Assembly (NCBI GenBank): GCA_038213805.1
Contig: JBBQSO010000009.1
Span: 31,663 to 95,662 of the forward strand
DNA length: 64,000 bases
Direction: 5' to 3'
Origin: Planctomycetota bacterium
GTDB lineage: Bacteria; Planctomycetota; UBA11346
Made by a program: the position numbers and the translations under genes
The notes under the pieces: generated by a model
What the model was told of the DNA's origin: nothing
What the model saw: the letters and a program-made list of their open reading frames with translations, nothing else
Database searches by the model: none
Shown here: piece after piece, positions 28,030-37,773 of the stretch
Position numbering within the stretch: position 1 is the first letter of the stretch
How the letters are laid out: every line of letters starts with the position of its first letter

Positions 28030-28590
28030 CTACGCGCCGACGACCCGCTGCCGCGCGGCCCGCAGCCGCACCCCATGCCCGCCATCGGCGTAATACCCGG
28101 GCAGCTGCTCCACCAGGCTGAATCCAAGCCGCTCGTAGATGCCGAGCGCGGCGGTGTTGTCGTGGCGGACCTCGAGCGAGATCACGTCGCAGCGCCGCGG
28201 CACGCGCTTGACCAGCGCGACGATGAGCGTGGCGCCCAGTCCGCGGCCGCGCTGCGACGGGTCGACGGCGAGCGAGTAGAGCCGCGCGACGCGGCTGCCG
28301 GCGCGCAGCAGCGCGCTGGCGCCGCCGACCACCAACCCGCCCTCGCGCACCAGCACGGTGATGGCCGAGCCACGGCGCGCGGCCGGGCCGAGCAGGTGCT
28401 TCCACACGCGCAGCGGGAAGCGGTCGGCAGGCGGGAAGCAGCGCTCCTCAAGGGCCGCGAGCTGGCCGGCATCGGGCGCTCGCGCCACGACGATCCGCGC
28501 TGCGGCGGCCACCGCCGCGCGCGCCGTGGACGGCACGGTGGCTGGCCGGGACGCCGGCGTCTGCTTCACGGACTTCACGCGCATCGCCAT
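28030..28590 (-). CDS. GNAT acetyltransferase (RimI-like)
   Basis: LYSLAVDPSQRGRGLG, LEVRHDNTAALGIYERLGF, YYADG. Confidence 0.9.
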   Translation of the reverse strand: MAMRVKSVKQTPASRPATVPSTARAAVAAAARIVVARAPDAGQLAALEERCFPPADRFPLRVWKHLLGPAARRGSAITVLVREGGLVVGGASALLRAGSRVARLYSLAVDPSQRGRGLGATLIVALVKRVPRRCDVISLEVRHDNTAALGIYERLGFSLVEQLPGYYADGGHGVRLRAARQRVVGA

Positions 28591-28610
28591 CGCGGGCCCG
28601 CCCCGTCCGC

Positions 28611-29531
28611 TCAGGCGCCGGCCGCCGCCTTGACCTCGTACCAGCCCTCCCAGGGCTCGCCGGCGAGGTGGCGGACGACGTTGCGGTAGACCTCGGGGTT
28701 GTTCATGTCCTCAAGACCGGCATCGATGTTGGGATTGTCGTTGACCTCGATGACCACGAACCCGTCGTCGAGCTCCTTGACATCCACGCCGTAGAGGCTG
28801 CGGCCGATGCTGTTGCCAGCGCGCAGCGCGACCTCGATCAGGCGCGGGTCGATCTGCGACTTCTCGACCGATTGCACGGTGCACAGGCTGGGCTTGCCGT
28901 CGCCATCGCGGTCGTGGATGCGCCAGGTGCCGGGGTGCATGATGTACTTGACGACGAAGAGCACCTTGCCGTCGAGGATCGTCACCCGCCAGTCGAAGGC
29001 GCTGGGCAGATACTGCTGGACGACCAGTCTGTCCGCGCGGCGCAGGAAGCGCTTGCCGACTTTGACAAAGCTGGCTTCGTCATGGGCCTTCTCGACGTAA
29101 GCGCTGAACGAGCTGTTGGGCGCCTTGAGCACCAGCGGCGTGCCGTAGGTCTCGAACAGTTCGCGCGCCTGCTCGACGGTGACCTCGTCCTCGGTCAGGA
29201 AGCAGGTGTCCGGCATCGGCACCTCGGCGCGCATCAAGTGCTGGTACATGTTGACCTTGTCGCAGCACACCAGGATGCTGTCCGGCTCGTCGATCACGAC
29301 CAGGCCGTGCACCTCGGCCATGCGCGCGGCGACGTAGCTGGTGTTGAGCGGGTCGGTAAGCGCGCGGATGAGCAGCCCGGTGTAGCGCGGGATGTTCATG
29401 ATCTCGCTGCGGAAGATGAAGTCGCAGTCGTGCCCGAGCTTGGCCGCCGCCATGCGGAAGTTGGTCAGCGCGGTCAGCTCGACGGCGCGGCGGATGGTGT
29501 AGCGTTCAGTGAAGATGGCGAGGCGGGCCAT
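28611..29531 (-). CDS. RimK-like ATP-grasp peptide ligase
   Basis: CDKV, PLVLKAPNSSFS, QQYLPSAFDWRV, YGVDVK, IEVNDNPN. Confidence 0.92.
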   Translation of the reverse strand: MARLAIFTERYTIRRAVELTALTNFRMAAAKLGHDCDFIFRSEIMNIPRYTGLLIRALTDPLNTSYVAARMAEVHGLVVIDEPDSILVCCDKVNMYQHLMRAEVPMPDTCFLTEDEVTVEQARELFETYGTPLVLKAPNSSFSAYVEKAHDEASFVKVGKRFLRRADRLVVQQYLPSAFDWRVTILDGKVLFVVKYIMHPGTWRIHDRDGDGKPSLCTVQSVEKSQIDPRLIEVALRAGNSIGRSLYGVDVKELDDGFVVIEVNDNPNIDAGLEDMNNPEVYRNVVRHLAGEPWEGWYEVKAAAGA

Positions 29532-29538
29532 ATCAAAA

Positions 29539-29642
29539 AGTCCGGCAGTGCGGAAGTCCGGAAATCCGGAAGTCCTGAGGAACGGGGGAGACCGCGGGGA
29601 ACACGAGACTTCCGGACTTCCGGACTTCCGGATCTCCGGACT
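29539..29642. repeat. Inverted pair of octamer arrays: (GGAAGTCC)n at 29539-29575 and (CTTCCGGA)n at 29607-29642
   Basis: Read directly; the arms are complementary and span most of the RLAN-RimK intergenic space. Confidence 0.9.
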
Positions 29643-29648
29643 GCGAGG

Positions 29649-30404
29649 TCATGCGCGCCACAGCCCGGCCTCCTTGACGATGGCCTTTTCGTTCTGGGTC
29701 AGCTCCTCCTTCTTGAGGGGCTCGATGGCGCTGAACAAATACTGCTTCTCGGTGACGATGATCTTCACCCGCGCCAGGGGCAGGCGGAAGGTCGCCCACA
29801 GGCGCAGGGCGAGGTCCTGGTACTCGGGCTTCAGGCACTGGCCGAGAACCAGGCGCAGGGTGTCGATGCGGCTGTCGGGCGGCATGACCTGCACCACCAT
29901 CGCGTACTTGCCGGACATGGTCAGGGATTTCATCGCCTCGGGCAGGCCCGCGGCGTCGGCGATCACCAGGCCCTCGTCCTGGAAGGGGTTGATCGGGTAG
30001 GCGACCAGCGGCGGTACGATCGACACCGACGATTCGCTGGCGATCTCCCACTGCGGGATGGCGATGCCGGCGGCCTGGGCCTTGCTCAGCGCCAGCGGCA
30101 CCACGTAGGCGTCGAGCGCCTCGCTCGGGCTGGGCAGGGCGAGCAGACCCTCGTGCTCGGCCTCCATGCTGCGGTAGTAGCCGTCGCCCAGGTAGGTGTA
30201 GTCCCCCTCCAGGTTCACGAAGACGCCTTGGGCGCGGAGATCCTCCGGCAGGCTGGTGGAGGGGAATTTCGGTGTGTTCATCGGTTTCGGCCGGGGCTGC
30301 AACGGGTCCGGGACGGGAGCGGAGGTCGGCTGGCCGGCGGAGGCCGAGGCCTCCGCGGCGGCGGGCGGAGGCGGGTCGGTGCGAACGGAGGTGCTGTTCA
30401 CCAT
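29649..30404 (-). CDS. Stand-alone RimK-like ATP-grasp N-terminal (RLAN) domain protein
   Basis: VNLEGDYTYLGDGYYRSMEAE...LPS matches the RLAN pattern; directly upstream of the RimK gene; alternative start at 30281. Confidence 0.75.
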   Translation of the reverse strand: MVNSTSVRTDPPPPAAAEASASAGQPTSAPVPDPLQPRPKPMNTPKFPSTSLPEDLRAQGVFVNLEGDYTYLGDGYYRSMEAEHEGLLALPSPSEALDAYVVPLALSKAQAAGIAIPQWEIASESSVSIVPPLVAYPINPFQDEGLVIADAAGLPEAMKSLTMSGKYAMVVQVMPPDSRIDTLRLVLGQCLKPEYQDLALRLWATFRLPLARVKIIVTEKQYLFSAIEPLKKEELTQNEKAIVKEAGLWRA

Positions 30405-30510
30405 AGGATCGCCGCTGCGCGGATGAGCCGCGGCGATCGGGGGATGCTAATGGGCACTCCGACAAGGAAAGGTTTTTGTGTCCGCGCCACCCGGCCAACC
30501 GGGGCGACCA

Positions 30511-31047
30511 TCAGACAGTGGGCGCTTGGAGTAGGCGCACGACCAGCAGGCGGAACTCCTCCGCCTGGAGGGCGGCCAGGGCACCGCGCCGGGCACCGGG
30601 CGCGCGCAGCGCCGCGACGCCGGCGCGCGGGCGCCAGCGGCCGCCTTCCACGAGCTCGGTCAGTCCGGCGGCGAGCGCCGGCGCGGCGAGCGCGGCTTCG
30701 AGCGGATGGCCGGCGACCTCGTCGAACCAGTAGCCGGCGTTGGCCAGGTCGCCCTCGCGGCGATGGAGCATGGCGTGCAGCCAGTCGGCGTCCGCATCGC
30801 CTTCGCGCGCCTGGATGATGGCATGGGCCGCATCGAGGTGGTCGTGCCACAGCAGCGCGGCAGCCAGCAGCAGGTCGCGGGCGCGCTCCGGGGTCGCGGT
30901 CGGCATTGCGGCAGCGACCTGGGCGCGGACCGCGGGCTCATCGGCGACGCCGGGACGCGGTCCACGCTCCAGCCCCGGTTCGCCCGCGCGCTGCAGCGCG
31001 GTCCACAGCGCCGCGGCCGGCTTGGCGCCCGACTTTTCGCCGCTCAC
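30511..31047 (-). CDS. Conserved hypothetical protein (HRREGD...NA.YW family)
   Basis: WHDHLDAAHAIIQ...WLHAMLHRREGDLANAGYWF. Confidence 0.8.
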   Translation of the reverse strand: MSGEKSGAKPAAALWTALQRAGEPGLERGPRPGVADEPAVRAQVAAAMPTATPERARDLLLAAALLWHDHLDAAHAIIQAREGDADADWLHAMLHRREGDLANAGYWFDEVAGHPLEAALAAPALAAGLTELVEGGRWRPRAGVAALRAPGARRGALAALQAEEFRLLVVRLLQAPTV

Positions 31048-32141
31048 GGTGCGGGTGCCGGCTTGGCGTCGACGTGCCAGCCGACCTCGTAGGCGCTCCA
31101 GGCGGGAACGCCGGCGAGGTCGGCGGACAGATCCTGCTCGGCGCCTGCGCCAAGGTGGGCGACCGGCAGGTCGAGGACCTTGAGCGTGCCACCCGCGCTG
31201 TTCTGCAGGGTGATGGTCACCACCAGGCCGTCGAGATCGGCGCCGGTGCCGTTGCGCACGCGCGCCTTCATCTTCTTGCCCTCGGCATGGATCTTGGCGA
31301 CCTCGACGTCGTTGGCGCCGGTGAACGAGCCCTGGTCGAGGGTCGCGGTGTCGGTCTGCCGGTTGGAGATGGTGACGGTCGCGAACTTCGGCACGTTCTT
31401 GGCCTCGACCTTGTGGTCTTTGACGTATCCGCCGGGCAGGTCGGCCTTTTCAGGCTGATAGACCTTGGTGGCGACATCCTTGCCCTTGTCATCGCGGAAA
31501 TGGATGGTCTGGACCAGGTCGCGCACCGGCTGGCCGCCGATGTTCCACAGCCCGAAGGTCACCACCGCGCCGGCTCCGGCGGCCTCGAAGTTCTGGTTCA
31601 CCACCACCAGGTACGAAATCTGGGCGAGGTCGGCCAAGCCGATGGGCACCGAGAACTTGTCGATGCCGAGATGGGTGTCCTTGCCGCCCTTCCACTCCAC
31701 CTCGATCTGGTAGGCCTGCCAGTTCGGGCAGTTGAGCTTGTAGTCGAGGTCACGGCTGGCCCCGGCAGCGAGCGCCGGCAGGTCCTTCCAGGGGCCGGCC
31801 AGCAGCGGCTTGCGCGCGCCGTCGAGGGTGGTCAGGCGCAGGCGCAACCCGTCGAGGGCGGCCTTGCCGGCCTTCAGGCGCAACTCCCACTGGAAGAAGG
31901 GGCGGTAGTTCTCGTCGGCGCGGCCGCTGAAGACATAGGAGCCAGTGAAGGCCGGGTTGGCCCCGGTCGGCGCCGGGGCGGTTGCGGCCTGACGGGCGAA
32001 GGCCTGCTGCGCATCGGCCTTGCCGGCCTGGGACCAGGCGGGGCCGGAGACGGCGGGGCGGGGCTTGGCCTCAGCGGCGCCGAGCAGGCCGGGGGCCATG
32101 GCGGTGAACAGAACGAGGCAGACGGAGAGCAGGCGGGACAT
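31044..32141 (-). CDS. Exported beta-rich hypothetical protein with probable repeated Ig-like domains
   Basis: Signal peptide MSRLLSVCLVLF; about three repeats of a pattern like RNGTGADLDGLVVTITL...LGAGAEQDL. Confidence 0.75.
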   Translation of the reverse strand: MSRLLSVCLVLFTAMAPGLLGAAEAKPRPAVSGPAWSQAGKADAQQAFARQAATAPAPTGANPAFTGSYVFSGRADENYRPFFQWELRLKAGKAALDGLRLRLTTLDGARKPLLAGPWKDLPALAAGASRDLDYKLNCPNWQAYQIEVEWKGGKDTHLGIDKFSVPIGLADLAQISYLVVVNQNFEAAGAGAVVTFGLWNIGGQPVRDLVQTIHFRDDKGKDVATKVYQPEKADLPGGYVKDHKVEAKNVPKFATVTISNRQTDTATLDQGSFTGANDVEVAKIHAEGKKMKARVRNGTGADLDGLVVTITLQNSAGGTLKVLDLPVAHLGAGAEQDLSADLAGVPAWSAYEVGWHVDAKPAPAP

Positions 32142-32481
32142 CACGACCTCGGCAAAGCGCAGCGGCGGCAGGAAGGAACCAGGATGAACGGTGCCAGGGA
32201 ATGCAGGTTCAGACCCGGTCATGTCGGAGGATGCACCCATCGCTCATGCCGCGCCATGCATCAACCCGTTGACCCAGGGAGCCGGCGCAAGCCCTGCCGA
32301 GGGTCTGGGTTTATGGAGAGCGTCGGGCGTTCCGGTCGCGACCATCACGGGGCAGCTTGCCGCATGTCCAGACATCCGCTGCCGTCCCCGCTGGCGTCAT
32401 GCACAGTCGCCGGGGGACGTCCGCGGCGGGAAGTGCGCCCGCCCCGGCCCATGGCACACTCATTCCCCCGCGGAGAGGCTC

Positions 32482-34161
32482 ATGCGCAAGTTCATCGGCG
32501 AAATCCTGGTCGAGATGGAGGCGTGCAGCGCCGCCCAGGTCAAGGAGGCGCTCAACAAGCAGATGCAGGGTGACCGCCGCCCCATCGGCGAGATCATGAC
32601 CGAGCTCGGCAGCTGCCAACCCGAAGACGTGGCGCGCGCGCTCGCCGAACAGTTCGACATGCGCTTCTATGATCTCGAGACCATCGACATCCCGCAGCGC
32701 GTCATGGAGCTCATCCCCCACGACCTGGCCAAGGAGAAGAAGGTCTGCCCGGTCGGCCTGAACGGCCGCACCCTGTCGGTGGCGATGACCAACCCGCTCG
32801 ATCTCGAGGTGGTCGACACGCTGCGCTTCTCGACCTCGCTGGCGATCGAGGTCGGCGTGGCCAGCGAGCGCCAGATCATGGCCATGCTCGAGAAGACCTG
32901 GGGTCTCTCCGAGAACAAGCTCGACCAGATGATGGGCGAGATGACCGAGGACATCGCGCTGCGCGGCAGCGACGGTGACGGCGAGGAGGGCGACGACGCA
33001 CTGATCGTGCGCTTCGTGCAGCAGATCATCAGCAACGCCCTGACTAACCGCGCCTCGGACATCCACGTCGAGCCGATGTCCGACCACCTGCGCATCCGCT
33101 ACCGCATCGATGGCGTCTGCTTCACCATGGACCCGGCGCCGAAGCGCCTGCAGGGCCCGGTGATCCAGCGCCTGAAGATCATGGCCGACATGATGATCGA
33201 AGAGAAGCGCAAGCCGCAGGACGGGCGCATCAAGGTCAAGATCGGCGACAAGCGCATCGACCTGCGCGTCTCGTGCCTGCCCGCGGTGCACGGCGAGAGC
33301 GTGGTCATGCGTATCCTGGACGGCGAGAATCTGAAGCTCTCGCTGGACGACATGGGCTTCGACGCCGGCGACCTCAAGCTGTTCTCGGGGCTGATCCGCC
33401 GGCCCAACGGCATCGTCCTGGTCACCGGTCCGACCGGCTCGGGCAAGACCACCACGCTCTACGCCACGTTGCACACCCTCAACACCATCGACCGCAAGAT
33501 CATCACCGCCGAGGACCCGGTCGAATACCACCTCTCCGGCATCAACCAGTGCCAGGTCAACCACAAGATCCACCTCGATTTCCCGCGCATCCTGCGCTCG
33601 ATGCTGCGCCAGGCGCCCAACGTCATCCTGGTCGGCGAGATCCGCGACGCCGAGACCGCGCAGATCGCGATCCAGGCGTCGCTGACCGGACATCTGGTAT
33701 TCTCGACCCTGCACACCAACGACGCACCCAACGCCATCACCCGCCTCATCGACATGGGCGTGCCGCCCTTCCTGGTCGCGACGTCGATCCAGGCGGTGCT
33801 GGCCCAGCGCCTGGTGCGCACCAACTGCCCGAAGTGCCTGGAGTCCTACACCCCCGACGCGGTGCACCTGGCCGCGCTCAACCTCAAGCCGGACCAGCTC
33901 GCCGGGCAGCAGTTCAAGCGCGGCAAGGGCTGCGATCACTGCAAGGGCTCGGGCTACCGCGGGCGCAAGGGCATCTTCGAGATGATGGTGATGAACCGCC
34001 AGCTGCGCGACCTGGCGTTCTCCAAGGCCTCGACCTCGGAGATCCGCCGCGTCGCCATCGCCAACGGCATGAACTCCCTGGCCATGGACGGGGCGCGCAA
34101 GGCCCTGCAGGGGATCACCACGCCGGATGAGATCCTGCGCATGGCGAAGACGGACAGCTGA
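32482..34161 (+). CDS. Type IV pilus / type II secretion assembly ATPase (PilB/GspE)
   Basis: ASDIHVEP, PQDGRI, GPTGSGKTT, EDPVEY, LVGEIRD, TLHTND, CPKC...CDHC; MshEN-like N-terminus. Confidence 0.95.
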   Translation: MRKFIGEILVEMEACSAAQVKEALNKQMQGDRRPIGEIMTELGSCQPEDVARALAEQFDMRFYDLETIDIPQRVMELIPHDLAKEKKVCPVGLNGRTLSVAMTNPLDLEVVDTLRFSTSLAIEVGVASERQIMAMLEKTWGLSENKLDQMMGEMTEDIALRGSDGDGEEGDDALIVRFVQQIISNALTNRASDIHVEPMSDHLRIRYRIDGVCFTMDPAPKRLQGPVIQRLKIMADMMIEEKRKPQDGRIKVKIGDKRIDLRVSCLPAVHGESVVMRILDGENLKLSLDDMGFDAGDLKLFSGLIRRPNGIVLVTGPTGSGKTTTLYATLHTLNTIDRKIITAEDPVEYHLSGINQCQVNHKIHLDFPRILRSMLRQAPNVILVGEIRDAETAQIAIQASLTGHLVFSTLHTNDAPNAITRLIDMGVPPFLVATSIQAVLAQRLVRTNCPKCLESYTPDAVHLAALNLKPDQLAGQQFKRGKGCDHCKGSGYRGRKGIFEMMVMNRQLRDLAFSKASTSEIRRVAIANGMNSLAMDGARKALQGITTPDEILRMAKTDS

Positions 34162-34524
34162 AACAGGTGGGGAGCAGGCGAGGGCAGGAGCACGGAGGGG
34201 CAGAAAGACGGACGCGAGCGATGGGGTCGAGCCGGGCGCAGCGCGCCTGCCGAGTTTTTGGTTGACCGTAAACGCCGTTCCACCCGTGGTTCCTGCGCGT
34301 CACCCAGGGTCATCCGCCGGTTCCCCATGCGTGACTCATGCCTCACACCTGCCTACTCTTCCACCCTCACGCCCTCCCCTCGCGCGGGTGCAGGGTTTAC
34401 CCGTGAGCCCGTCACAACTCCGGACGGTGACCGTATCTGGCGGGTTGAACACGCCGCCGCATGCACCCTGAAACAGCGTTGTCCTGCCTTGCATCCCGTC
34501 ATCCTCTCCTAGTCTTAGGTCGAT

Positions 34525-37500
34525 ATGGCCGCAACGGTTGCGTTCTGGTGCACGCAGTGTGGCTACCGCCAGGATGTCCCTGAGCGTCTGGTTGATCGCA
34601 AGGTCAAGTGCCCGAAGTGTGAAACCAGGCAGATCCTGCGCTCGAAGGGACCCAACCAGGTCCTGAAGAAGGGTGAGAAGGGCGACACCAGCGTGGTCAC
34701 CCGGCGCTCCACCGGCACGGCCGCGCACACCGCCGGCGGCCAGCCGACCCTGCCGGGTACGCGCACCATCAAGACGACGTCCTCGCTCAACCATTCCTTC
34801 ACCACGCCGCCGACCGTGGTCGAGCCCGCCGACAAGGACGTCAACAGCTTCGACGAGCTCGATTTCGAGGCCACCGAGGATGAGCTGTCCGCCGGCGCGA
34901 CGCCCGCCGCCGCGCAGGAGGATTCGCTGGAGAGCGTCTTCGGCCCGTCAAGCGTCAGCGGCATCATGCCGAAGAAGCCGGTGGGGCCCAGCACCCAGAC
35001 CGTGCACACCACGCAGATCAGCCAGCTCTCGCTGCTCGGCGGCACGCTGGGTGGCGGCAACTCGCTCGGCACCATCCGCCCGACCACCGACACCTACGCC
35101 AAGAAGGTCACTATCGCGGCGGGATACCAGCTCGGCACGATCCTCGGCCGCGGTGGCATGGGCGCGGTCCACGCCTCGCGCCAGCTCGCGCTTGAGCGCA
35201 CGGTCGCGATCAAGACCATGCTCGCGAAGGGCGATGGGGCCGCCGCCAGCCGCTTCCGCGCCGAGGCCATGGTCATGGCCCTGCTCGAGCACCCGAACAT
35301 CATGCCCGTGCACGACCTGATCAGCGCCGAGAACGGCGAGCTGCAGCTGGTCATGAAGAAGGTCGAGGGCGTGACCTGGCGCGAGCTGAACTACCCCTCG
35401 ACGCCGGCGCAGATCCGCCGCGCCATGGCGATGAAGCTCGACGACCACGTCGAGATCCTGCTTAAGGTCTGCGACGCGGTGGCCTTCGCACACGCCAAGG
35501 GCATCATCCACCTCGATCTCAAGCCGGCGAACATCATGGTCGGCGCCTTCGGCGAGGTGCTGGTCCTCGACTGGGGCTGCGCGATGGCCTTCACCGACAT
35601 CGGCAACGACGCCGTGCCCAAGGTGATGAACTTCCGCGGCCTGTCGGGCACCCCCGCCTACATGGCACCGGAGATGGCCGGGCAGACCGGCAACCTCGGC
35701 CCGCACACCGATATCTACCTGCTCGGCGCGATCCTCTTCGAGCTGGTCGCCGGCCACCCGCCGCACAAGGCCGACTCGCTGCAGTCATCGATCGCGCACG
35801 CCGCGGCGAACGACATCACCCCGCCACAACTCGAACGCGGCGGCAAGAAGATCCCCTCCGAGCTGGTCGAACTGGCGATGCGCACCATGAGCCGCGACAT
35901 CGCGCAGCGGCCGTCGACCGTCGCCGACCTCGCCCAGCAGCTGCGCGATTTCCGCCGCCACGAGGAGGCGATCACCGGCGTCGACACCGCACGTACCCGC
36001 CTGGCCGCGGCGACCAGCCAGCCCGACAAGGCCGACGACCTCTACCGCCAGGCACTCGCCGCCTGCGAGCAGGCGGTCGCCCAGTGGCCGGAATACGGCG
36101 TCGGCCGCGACCTGCTCGGGCAGATCCTGCTCGGTTACGCCCAGTATCTGCACGGCACCGGCGCCTTCCGCCTCGCCCAGGGCAAGGCCGAGGCGGCGAT
36201 CGAGTTCGGCGGGCGCCACGACGACGCGACCCTGGTCAAGGCGGCGCGCGACGTGCACGCCACCGCGGTCTCGGACGAGCGCTTCCAACAGGCGCGCACA
36301 CGCAACATGCGCGTGCTGCTCGCCGGCCTGGTGGTGCTGATGGCCGTCGGCATCATCGGCCTCGGCTACGGCATGTCGCAGGCCAGCACCCAGGACACGC
36401 GCATCCACAGCGAGTCGCAGCGCTACGACGACCTGCTCGAATCGCTCGACAAGGAGCGCAAGGAGCGCCTCGGCGAGCAGGGGCTTTACGCCCCAGTGCT
36501 GCTTGAGACGGCCACGCGCGCGGTCGAGCAGCGCAACTTCAAGAAGGGCCTTGACGCGCTCGACGCTGCCGCGCGCCTGGCCCCGAAGCTGGACCAGGCC
36601 CTGCTGCTCAAGGCCGAGATCCTGGCCGGCCAGCAGCAGTACGCCACGGCGCTGCCGGTGCTCGACCAGTACCTGGCCCGCCATGGCGACGACAATCTCG
36701 CCAAGCACCTGCACGACCTGGTCACCAGCCTCAAGGCGGCACCCACCCCGCAGCTCGAGAGTGAACTCGGCGACCTCTTCATCAGCCAGAACCTCTTCAC
36801 CCTCGCCGAGGGTCGCAAGCTCACCCCCGAGACGCAGCTGCGCTTCTACACGCGCGCCCTTGAGAAGGTGTGGCCGGGCGCCGCGGCCAATCTGCGCATG
36901 ACGGACGGCCGGCTCGACTTCGTGCGCGAGCCCGGCAAGGACGGCCCCAGCAACGCGCAGGGCGTGAACGATCTCACGCCGCTGCGCGGCCTGCCCTTCC
37001 GCGAGCTGTGGCTGCAGGACACCCGCATCACCAGCATCGCGGCGCTCAAGGACATGCCGCTCAAGGTGCTGATCCTGGCGCGCGCGCCGGTGCGTGACCT
37101 CGGCCCGCTCGCCGGTGGCGAGCTTGAAGTCCTCGACATCAGTGAGAGCAACGTCGTCGACCTGCGCCCGCTGCAGGGCCTGCAGCTGCGCAGCCTTGCC
37201 GCATCAGGCACCGGCGCGATCGACCTGCTGCCGCTCTCGGACATGCCGCTGCGCGACCTCGACCTCGCGCGAACCAAGGTGGTCGAGATCTCGGCACTGG
37301 CGCGCTGCACGCGCCTGCAACGCTTGAACCTCGCCGGCACGCACGTCAGCAACCTCTCGATGCTGTCGACGCTGCCGCTGCAATCGCTGTCGCTGCGCGA
37401 CACCGCGGTCTCGGACCTCTCCGACCTGCGCGGCGTGCCGCTGACCGCGATCGACCTGGCCAACACCGCGGTGCGCACCCTCGGCCCGCTGGCGCGCGCC

Positions 37501-37773
37501 CCGCTCGAAGAGCTTGACGTCGAAGGCTGTCGTGCGCTCGCCACTCTCGATGGCCTGGCCGGGTTGCCGCTGCGGCGCCTCAACATCGTCGGCACGCGCG
37601 TCACCGACCTTGGCGCGCTGGCCGGCGCGCCGCTCGAGCGCATCGACCTCAACCCCGCGCAGATCACCGCCAACCTCGACGTCCTGCGCAAGATGCCCAC
37701 GTTGCAGCAGATCGGCCCCGAGCCGCTGCGCACCCCTGCCGAATTCTGGCGCAAGCACGATGCCGAACACTGA
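34525..37773 (+). CDS. Membrane Ser/Thr kinase: Zn ribbon + kinase + TPR + TM + TPR + leucine-rich repeats
   Basis: CTQC...CPKC; GRGGMG, VAIK, HLDLKPAN, DWG, GTPAYMAPE; TM VLLAGLVVLMAVGIIGLGY; many LxxLxLxxTxVxDLxPL repeats. Confidence 0.92.
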   Translation: MAATVAFWCTQCGYRQDVPERLVDRKVKCPKCETRQILRSKGPNQVLKKGEKGDTSVVTRRSTGTAAHTAGGQPTLPGTRTIKTTSSLNHSFTTPPTVVEPADKDVNSFDELDFEATEDELSAGATPAAAQEDSLESVFGPSSVSGIMPKKPVGPSTQTVHTTQISQLSLLGGTLGGGNSLGTIRPTTDTYAKKVTIAAGYQLGTILGRGGMGAVHASRQLALERTVAIKTMLAKGDGAAASRFRAEAMVMALLEHPNIMPVHDLISAENGELQLVMKKVEGVTWRELNYPSTPAQIRRAMAMKLDDHVEILLKVCDAVAFAHAKGIIHLDLKPANIMVGAFGEVLVLDWGCAMAFTDIGNDAVPKVMNFRGLSGTPAYMAPEMAGQTGNLGPHTDIYLLGAILFELVAGHPPHKADSLQSSIAHAAANDITPPQLERGGKKIPSELVELAMRTMSRDIAQRPSTVADLAQQLRDFRRHEEAITGVDTARTRLAAATSQPDKADDLYRQALAACEQAVAQWPEYGVGRDLLGQILLGYAQYLHGTGAFRLAQGKAEAAIEFGGRHDDATLVKAARDVHATAVSDERFQQARTRNMRVLLAGLVVLMAVGIIGLGYGMSQASTQDTRIHSESQRYDDLLESLDKERKERLGEQGLYAPVLLETATRAVEQRNFKKGLDALDAAARLAPKLDQALLLKAEILAGQQQYATALPVLDQYLARHGDDNLAKHLHDLVTSLKAAPTPQLESELGDLFISQNLFTLAEGRKLTPETQLRFYTRALEKVWPGAAANLRMTDGRLDFVREPGKDGPSNAQGVNDLTPLRGLPFRELWLQDTRITSIAALKDMPLKVLILARAPVRDLGPLAGGELEVLDISESNVVDLRPLQGLQLRSLAASGTGAIDLLPLSDMPLRDLDLARTKVVEISALARCTRLQRLNLAGTHVSNLSMLSTLPLQSLSLRDTAVSDLSDLRGVPLTAIDLANTAVRTLGPLARAPLEELDVEGCRALATLDGLAGLPLRRLNIVGTRVTDLGALAGAPLERIDLNPAQITANLDVLRKMPTLQQIGPEPLRTPAEFWRKHDAEH

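Noticed and set aside
32452..32466. Sigma-54-like TGGCAC upstream of pilB
   Set aside because: The -12 position reads CC rather than GC, and the site is very close to the start codon.
34165..34380. Purine-rich and pyrimidine-rich degenerate arms after pilB
   Set aside because: Suggestive of an eroded inverted array, but too degenerate to define by eye.
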